Source: Solirubrobacteraceae bacterium
GTDB taxonomy: Bacteria; Actinomycetota; Thermoleophilia; Solirubrobacterales; Solirubrobacteraceae
DNA: 64,000 nucleotides
Assembly: GCA_035940255.1 (NCBI GenBank)
Contig: DASZFA010000042.1
Location: 4,394 to 68,393, forward strand
Direction of reading: 5' to 3'
The notes under the pieces are model-generated. The model was not told where the DNA came from, searched no databases, and saw only the letters and a list, made by a program, of their open reading frames with translations. Shown here piece after piece: positions 58,115-64,000 of the stretch. Position numbers and translations under genes: made by a program. Position 1 is the stretch's first letter, and the number at the start of each line of letters is the position of its first letter.

Positions 58115-59289
58115 TAGACCTTGAGGATCACGGCGTCGCCCTGGCCGCCGCCGGAGCAGATCGCCGCGCAGCCAAGGCCGCCGCCACGCCGGCGCAGCTC
58201 GAGCACGAGGCTTCCGAGGATGCGCGCGCCGGAGGCGCCGATCGGGTGGCCGAGCGCCACGGCACCGCCGTTGACGTTCACCCTGTCCTCGTCGATCCCG
58301 AGCATGCGGATCGAGTTGAGCGTGACGGAGGCGAACGCCTCGTTGATCTCCCATACGTCGATGTCTCCGGGCTGCAGGCCGGCCTTCTCGAGCGCCTGCT
58401 TCGCCGCGCTCGCCGGCGTCGTCGCAAGGTAGGCGAAGTCGTTGGCGCTCTGGGCGTGGGCGACTATCTCCGCCAGCGCCTCCTTGCCGTGCTCGCTCGC
58501 CCAAACCTCCGAGGCGAGCACGAGCGCGCCCCCACCGTCGTTTACGCCTGGCGAGTTGCCGGCGGTGTGCGAGCCGTCCTTTCCGACGAGGCCGGGCAGC
58601 GCGGCGAGCTTCTCCAGCGACGTATCCCGGCGGGGGCCCTCGTCGAGCTCGACGACAGTGTTGCCCTTGCGCCCGTTCACGGTCACCGAGACGATCTCTT
58701 CGGGTAGGCGCCCCTCGTCGGTCGCCTTCACCGCCAGTTCGTGCGAGCGCAGCGCCCAGCGGTCGAGGTCCGCGCGGGTCATCTCGAGCTCATCGCCCAC
58801 CTCCGTAGCCTCGACGAACATCTGCTTGCCCGAGAACGGGTTGGTGAGCCCGTCGTGGACCATCGCGTCGAGCATCTTGGCGTCGCCCATGCGGTAGCCG
58901 AAGCGGGCGCCTGGCAGCAGGTACGGCGCCTGGGACATCGACTCCATGCCGCCGCCGACGCCGACCTGCATGTCGCCGGCGCGGATCGCCTGGTCGATGA
59001 TGACGGAGGCGCGCAGACCCGACGCGCAGACCTTGTTGATCGTCTCGGAGGAGACCTCCTTGGGGATTCCCGCCTTCATCTGTGCCTGGCGCGAGGGAAT
59101 CTGCCCCTGGCCCGCCTGAAGCACCTGGCCCATGACGACGTGATCGACCTGCTCGGGCTCGACGCCGGCGCGCTCGAGGGCCGCCTTGATCGCGATCCCG
59201 CCGAGCTCGGTGGCGTCCAGCGAGGAGAGGCCGCCGCCCATCTTGCCGATGGGGGTGCGTGCAGCGCCGAGGATCACGGTCTTTGGCAT
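58114..59289 (-). CDS. Acetyl-CoA C-acetyltransferase (thiolase)
   Basis: ARTPIG, NKVCASG, NEAF, GHPIGASG, CSGGGQG. Confidence 0.95.
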   Translation of the reverse strand: MPKTVILGAARTPIGKMGGGLSSLDATELGGIAIKAALERAGVEPEQVDHVVMGQVLQAGQGQIPSRQAQMKAGIPKEVSSETINKVCASGLRASVIIDQAIRAGDMQVGVGGGMESMSQAPYLLPGARFGYRMGDAKMLDAMVHDGLTNPFSGKQMFVEATEVGDELEMTRADLDRWALRSHELAVKATDEGRLPEEIVSVTVNGRKGNTVVELDEGPRRDTSLEKLAALPGLVGKDGSHTAGNSPGVNDGGGALVLASEVWASEHGKEALAEIVAHAQSANDFAYLATTPASAAKQALEKAGLQPGDIDVWEINEAFASVTLNSIRMLGIDEDRVNVNGGAVALGHPIGASGARILGSLVLELRRRGGGLGCAAICSGGGQGDAVILKV

Positions 59290-59474
59290 GGGAGGAGCTC
59301 TCTTCTGTCGGTCGGTGAGAAAGGACGCGAGATTCCGAATGGTAGTGGACCACCTCGCCGTGCCACCTCGACGGGGGCGCTGCAAGCGGGCCTGCGACGC
59401 CATGCCAGAGCCGGCGCGGGGCTCGGCGAGGCGGAGCGACGGAACGCTGGCGAGCCGGATATCGTGCGCTGGCC

Positions 59475-60926
59475 ATGCAGGTGTCGACGACCAGCCGAGC
59501 GGGCCGCGAGAGCGATGCCGACACCGTCGCGATCGGGGTCTTCGAGGGCGAGGAGCTGGGCGGGGAGGCGCCCGCGGAGCTCGGCGAGCTGCTCGCATCC
59601 GGCGAGGCTCGCAGGTCTTTCAAGGCGCTCGCGGTCGGCCATGCGCAGGACAAGCGCTGGTTGATCGTCGGACTCGGCGCGCGCAAGGACTTCTCCCCTG
59701 AGCGTGCGCGCGTTGCCGCCGCGGCGGCGTGCTCGCGAGCTCGCGAGATCTCGACGCGGTCGCTCTGCTGGCAGGTGCCCGCCGGCGGGCGGGACGTCGC
59801 GGCGGCGCTCGTGGAGGGGACGATCCTCGGCGACTACCGCTTCGAGCGCTACAAGTCGAGCCCAGACGCGGAGGACTCCGGCGAGGAGCGCCGCAAGCTT
59901 GAGAGCCTGACGCTCTCGAGCTCCGAGGACCTCGGCTCGGCGGCCGCCGAAGGGGCGGTGCTCGCCGACGCCGTGAACGCCGCGCGTGACCTGCAGAACC
60001 GGCCCGCCAACGACCTCACGCCGACGGCACTGGCCGAGCATGCGCGGGCGCTCGCCGAGGAGATCGAGGGCCTGTCCCTCGAGGTCGAGGGTCGTGAGGG
60101 CATCATCGGCCGCGGGATGGGGGCATTTGCCGCCGTGGCCCAGGGATCGGAGCAGGAGCCGGCGCTGATCACGATGAAATATGAGGGGCCCAATGCGAGC
60201 GGCCCGAAGCTCGGTTTCGTCGGCAAGGCGGTGACGTTCGACAGCGGCGGCATCTCACTGAAGCCCGGGGCGAAAATGGCCGAGATGAAGTTCGACATGT
60301 CCGGAGGCGCAGCGGTGATCGAGGCCGTTGCGGCGATCGGCCGCCTGCGCCTGCCGGTGAAGCTCGTGGCGGTCGTCGGAGCGACCGAGAACCTGCCGAG
60401 CGGGCGCTCGGTCAAGCCCGGTGACATAGTGCGGGCCGCCAACGGGAAGACGATCGAGGTCAACAACACCGACGCCGAGGGCAGGCTCGTGCTGGCGGAC
60501 TGCCTGTACCACGCGATCGCCGAGGGCGCCGAGCTCGCGGTTGATCTGGCCACGCTCACCGGTGCGGTGATCGTCGCGCTCGGGTCGACCTACGCCGGCC
60601 TGATGTCGAACGACGACGAGCTCGCAGGGCGGATCGCGGCCGCGGGCGAGCGGACCGGCGAGATCGTCTGGCGGCTGCCGCTGCACGAGGAGTACGAGGA
60701 GCTGATCAAGGGCAAGTACGGCGACCTCGACAACGCTCCCGAAGCGCGCAAGGCCGGGTCGATCGTCGGCGGAACGTTCCTCTCGAACTTCGTCGGCGAT
60801 GTGCCCTGGGCGCATCTCGACATCGCCGGGTCGGCATGGGACCTCGACCGGGAGTACGTCGGCAAGGGCGCCTCCGGCTACGGGGTGCGGCTGCTAGTCG
60901 AGCTCGCGCGCTCCTACGTCACCTAG
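59475..60926 (+). CDS. pepA: Leucyl aminopeptidase (M17)
   Basis: GKAVTFDSGG, MKFDM, NTDAEGRL, ATLTGA, HLDIAG. Confidence 0.95.
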   Translation: MQVSTTSRAGRESDADTVAIGVFEGEELGGEAPAELGELLASGEARRSFKALAVGHAQDKRWLIVGLGARKDFSPERARVAAAAACSRAREISTRSLCWQVPAGGRDVAAALVEGTILGDYRFERYKSSPDAEDSGEERRKLESLTLSSSEDLGSAAAEGAVLADAVNAARDLQNRPANDLTPTALAEHARALAEEIEGLSLEVEGREGIIGRGMGAFAAVAQGSEQEPALITMKYEGPNASGPKLGFVGKAVTFDSGGISLKPGAKMAEMKFDMSGGAAVIEAVAAIGRLRLPVKLVAVVGATENLPSGRSVKPGDIVRAANGKTIEVNNTDAEGRLVLADCLYHAIAEGAELAVDLATLTGAVIVALGSTYAGLMSNDDELAGRIAAAGERTGEIVWRLPLHEEYEELIKGKYGDLDNAPEARKAGSIVGGTFLSNFVGDVPWAHLDIAGSAWDLDREYVGKGASGYGVRLLVELARSYVT

Positions 60927-61758
60927 ACACGTCCGATGGCGCGGAGCTCGCCGCGAGCCCGTCCAGTCGCTGCGTGACGGCGGCCCAGGCGGCCGAGCGC
61001 GGGTCGAGGTGGGTCCGGTGGCGACCGGCCGCTCCCTCGATCTCCACGAGTTCCACCTCGGCACCGGCCGCTCGAGCCATGCCGGCGTAGCTGCGGCTGA
61101 GCTCGATCGAGACGACCTCGTCGAGCACTCCGTGCACCAGCAGCGCCGGCATCCGAAGCGGGAGCAGCGCAGCCGGATCCGCGGCGGCGTAGCGGTCGGG
61201 AAACTCCTCCGGGCCGCCGCCCATCAGCGCTCGCGCCGGGCCGCCGCGCCACCTTCTGTACGCGCCCGCGAGGTCGCACACCCCGGCCTGTGCGATCGCC
61301 TGGCGCAGGGGCACGGGAGGACCGCCCGCCACCTGGCCGGGCGCGCCGGAAGGCAGCTCCTCGCGCGACGCCGCCCACAAGGCCAGATGGCCACCGGCGG
61401 AGTGCCCGAGGACGCAGACACGGGTGAGGTCGAGCGGGGCGTCCAGCCTCTCCAGGTGGTCGATCGCCGCCGCGACATCCTCGAACGTGGCCGGCCAGCC
61501 GCCGCCGTTGCCCACGCGGCGGTACTCGATGTTCCACGCGGCCCATCCACGCCGCACGAGATCGCCGACGATCCCGCGCGTGACGATCTTGCCGTAGCCG
61601 GCCTGCCAGGAGCCACCGTGAATGACGACCATCACCGGGTGGGGAGCCGGGCCCGACGGCATGTGAAGCTCGGCACGCTGAGAGCGGTCCGGGCCATAGC
61701 GGTGGGCGCGTCCGCGGCTGAGGAAGTCGAGCATCAGGCGCGGGGCGGAGATGCTCAC
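60919..61758 (-). CDS. Alpha/beta hydrolase (HSL-like esterase)
   Basis: HGGSW, EYRR, GHSAGG, HG..D..V; start GTG 61758 or ATG 61734. Confidence 0.88.
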   Translation of the reverse strand: MSISAPRLMLDFLSRGRAHRYGPDRSQRAELHMPSGPAPHPVMVVIHGGSWQAGYGKIVTRGIVGDLVRRGWAAWNIEYRRVGNGGGWPATFEDVAAAIDHLERLDAPLDLTRVCVLGHSAGGHLALWAASREELPSGAPGQVAGGPPVPLRQAIAQAGVCDLAGAYRRWRGGPARALMGGGPEEFPDRYAAADPAALLPLRMPALLVHGVLDEVVSIELSRSYAGMARAAGAEVELVEIEGAAGRHRTHLDPRSAAWAAVTQRLDGLAASSAPSDVSR

Positions 61759-61829
61759 GCCCGCAATCCTGGCACGGGACCGAGCCGTGCCGGCGGCGGC
61801 CACTGGCGGTCTGTGAGAATGGCGGCCCG

Positions 61830-62978
61830 ATGGACTTCGACCTGTCCCCCGATCACGAGCTGATCCGGCGCACCGTGAGGGAGTTCGCCGAGGGCGAGAT
61901 CGCGCCCGTCGCGGAGGAGCTCGACAGGACGAAGTCGTTCCCGTACGCGATCGTCGAGCAGCTCGGCAGGCTGAACCTGATGGGGATCCCGTTTCCCGAG
62001 GAGTACGGTGGCGGCGGCGGCGACACGCTCGCCTATGCACTCGCCGTGGAGGAGCTCACGCGCGTCGACTCCTCGGTGGCGATCACGCTGTGCGCGCATA
62101 CCTCGCTCGGCACCCAGCCGATCTATGTGTTCGGGAGCGAGGAGCAGAAGCGCCAATGGCTGCCGCGGCTCTGCTCCGGGGAGGTCCTCGGTGCGTTCGG
62201 CCTGACCGAGCCGGAGGCCGGGTCCGACGCCGGCAACACGCGCACGCGGGCGCGGCTGGAGGACGGCGAATGGATCATCGACGGCGCCAAGCAGTTCATC
62301 ACCAACGCCGGCACCGAGATCTCCGGCATGGTTTGCATCACCGCGGTCACCGGCGAGGGCTCGAGCGACGGCAGGGAGATCTCGAACCTGATCGTCGCCA
62401 ACGGGACGAAGGGCTATGAGCAGGGCGAGCCGTACCGCAAGATGGGTTGGAACGCCTCCGACACGCGCCCGCTCACGTTCACCGACTGCCGCGTGCCCGA
62501 GGAGCACCTGCTCGGTCCGCGGGGCGCCGGGTTCAAGCAGTTCCTGCACATCCTCGACATCGGCCGCATCGGCGTCGCTGCGATGGGCGTCGGCCTGGCG
62601 CAGGGCGCACTTGACCAGGCGCTGCATTACGCAAAGGAGCGCAAGGCGTTCGGCAAGCCGATCTCCAAGTTCCAGGCGATCCAGTGCAAGCTGGCGGACA
62701 TGAGCACAGAGATCGAGGCAGCGCGGCTGCTCGTCTACAAGGCGGCGCGAGAGAAGGATGCCAAGCGCAATTTCACGCTCACCGCCGCGCAGGCAAAGCT
62801 CAAGACCGGCCGTCTCGCCGTGCGCTGCGCCGAGGAGGCGGTGCAGATCCACGGCGGCTACGGCTACATCGAGGAGTACCCCGTTTGCCGCTTCTACCGC
62901 GACGCGAAGATCCTGACGATCGGCGAGGGCACCGACGAGGTGCAGCAGATGGTTATCGCACGGGCGCTCGGGGCATAA
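61830..62978 (+). CDS. Acyl-CoA dehydrogenase
   Basis: LTEPEAGSDA, K.FITN, KMG, R.AFG, GGYGY, GEGTDE. Confidence 0.95.
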   Translation: MDFDLSPDHELIRRTVREFAEGEIAPVAEELDRTKSFPYAIVEQLGRLNLMGIPFPEEYGGGGGDTLAYALAVEELTRVDSSVAITLCAHTSLGTQPIYVFGSEEQKRQWLPRLCSGEVLGAFGLTEPEAGSDAGNTRTRARLEDGEWIIDGAKQFITNAGTEISGMVCITAVTGEGSSDGREISNLIVANGTKGYEQGEPYRKMGWNASDTRPLTFTDCRVPEEHLLGPRGAGFKQFLHILDIGRIGVAAMGVGLAQGALDQALHYAKERKAFGKPISKFQAIQCKLADMSTEIEAARLLVYKAAREKDAKRNFTLTAAQAKLKTGRLAVRCAEEAVQIHGGYGYIEEYPVCRFYRDAKILTIGEGTDEVQQMVIARALGA

Positions 62979-62988
62979 GGTTGCTGAC

Positions 62989-63717
62989 ATGGCGGATACG
63001 TCTGAGATCGACAGGTACACCGCTCCGGCCGGTTCTGTGCGCGCGAGCGGCAGGGACGGGCGAACTTCGCTCGCCGACTGCCGGCGCGAGTTCTTGCGCC
63101 AGCCCTCTCCGCCCTATCTGATCGGCGCCGTCGCCATAGCTCTGGCGCTGCGCCTCGTGCAGGGCGGCTGGAGCTCGCGCGACGCCGTCGTCGCCGTCGG
63201 CCTCCTCGCGGCCACGCCGTTCGTCGAGTGGTTGATCCACGTCTACCTGCTGCATTCCCCTCCGATCAACCTCCGCGGGCGCCGGGTGGAGATGCTGACC
63301 GCGCGGGAGCATCGGGCGCATCACGAGGCTCCGAGCGTGCTCGGCGGCGTGCTGCTGCCCGTCTACGGCGTGGTCGTGTTCCTGACGATGATCGCGCTCG
63401 TGAACTGGCTGCTGTCGTTCCCGCTCGATCTGCTCCTCGGCGGCCCGCGGCTGGCCTACGCGACCACCGGCGTGCTCGTCAGCTACACGATCCTCGCCGC
63501 GTACGAGTGGACGCACTTCCTGATCCACGCCCCATACAAGCCCCGAGGACGCTACTTCAAGGCTATCTGGCGCAACCATCGTCTGCACCACTTCAAGAAC
63601 GAGCGCTACTGGTTCGGCGTCACCTCGACGATCGGCGACCGCGTGATCGGAACACTGCCCGACCAGCGCTCGGTGCCGCGCTCGGCGACGGCCCGCTCGC
63701 TGCACGCCGAGCCCTGA
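62989..63717 (+). CDS. Fatty acid hydroxylase / sterol desaturase family protein
   Basis: His boxes HVYLLH, HRAHH, HFLIH, HRLHH. Confidence 0.88.
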   Translation: MADTSEIDRYTAPAGSVRASGRDGRTSLADCRREFLRQPSPPYLIGAVAIALALRLVQGGWSSRDAVVAVGLLAATPFVEWLIHVYLLHSPPINLRGRRVEMLTAREHRAHHEAPSVLGGVLLPVYGVVVFLTMIALVNWLLSFPLDLLLGGPRLAYATTGVLVSYTILAAYEWTHFLIHAPYKPRGRYFKAIWRNHRLHHFKNERYWFGVTSTIGDRVIGTLPDQRSVPRSATARSLHAEP

Positions 63718-63724
63718 GCGCGAG

Positions 63725-64000
63725 CTACGGCTGGCGCGGCTCGAGGATCACGAGCGGGATCTCCCGGTCGGTGCGCCGCTGGTAGTCGTCATAGCCTCCG
63801 TAGGCCTTCACTACCTCCGGCCACAAGCGCTTGCGCTCCTCGGGATCGGCGACCCGCGCATGAACCTGCCGGCGGCTCGAGCCGACCTGGATCTGGGTGT
63901 CGGGGTTGGCCATGAGATTGTGAAACCAGGCCGGGTTCCTCGGATAGCCGCCCTTGGAGGCAACGAGGATCACGTCATCGCCGTCGCTCACGTACGCGAG
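63725..64000 (-). CDS. Deazaflavin-dependent nitroreductase (Ddn-like), C-terminal part
   Basis: VASKGG, P.WFHNL..NP, YQRRTDREIP; 5' end lies outside the window. Confidence 0.85.
   Translation of the reverse strand, partial: LAYVSDGDDVILVASKGGYPRNPAWFHNLMANPDTQIQVGSSRRQVHARVADPEERKRLWPEVVKAYGGYDDYQRRTDREIPLVILEPRQP

Overview
A very GC-rich actinobacterial chromosome segment; gene style and content suggest Thermoleophilia/Solirubrobacterales (inference). Most of it is housekeeping: rnr (partial), ctpA, M16 peptidase, nadA/nadC, prfB with an intact CTT-TGA-C +1 frameshift, secA, hpf, ctaG, a GDP-mannose/ahcY/ugd cluster, the full atp operon, wecA, glyA with a ZMP/ZTP riboswitch, tsaC-prmC-prfA, rpmE, ETF/ETF-QO and fatty-acid genes. 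The most striking region is a ~9.6 kb block between wecA and glyA (35.4-45.0 kb). It holds a stand-alone secY, a secreted PAP2/vanadium-haloperoxidase-like protein, ftsH, two small unknown ORFs, a Tat-signal ferritin-like protein with its own tatA-tatC, and a COG4315 protein. Every promoter-bearing gap in it carries a 17-bp palindrome TAC[GT]AC-N5-GT[AC]GTA (7 copies), which resembles the mycobacterial BlaI operator. This suggests a co-regulated accessory export/membrane quality-control regulon whose repressor lies outside the window. Other oddities: an XRE/nucleotidyltransferase toxin-antitoxin-like pair with twin operators, a probable AUC start codon, two long convergent gene overlaps in a glycolipid cluster, an ETF-QO missing one Fe-S cysteine, and many leaderless promoters. 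All calls come from reading motifs by eye; no database searches were run.
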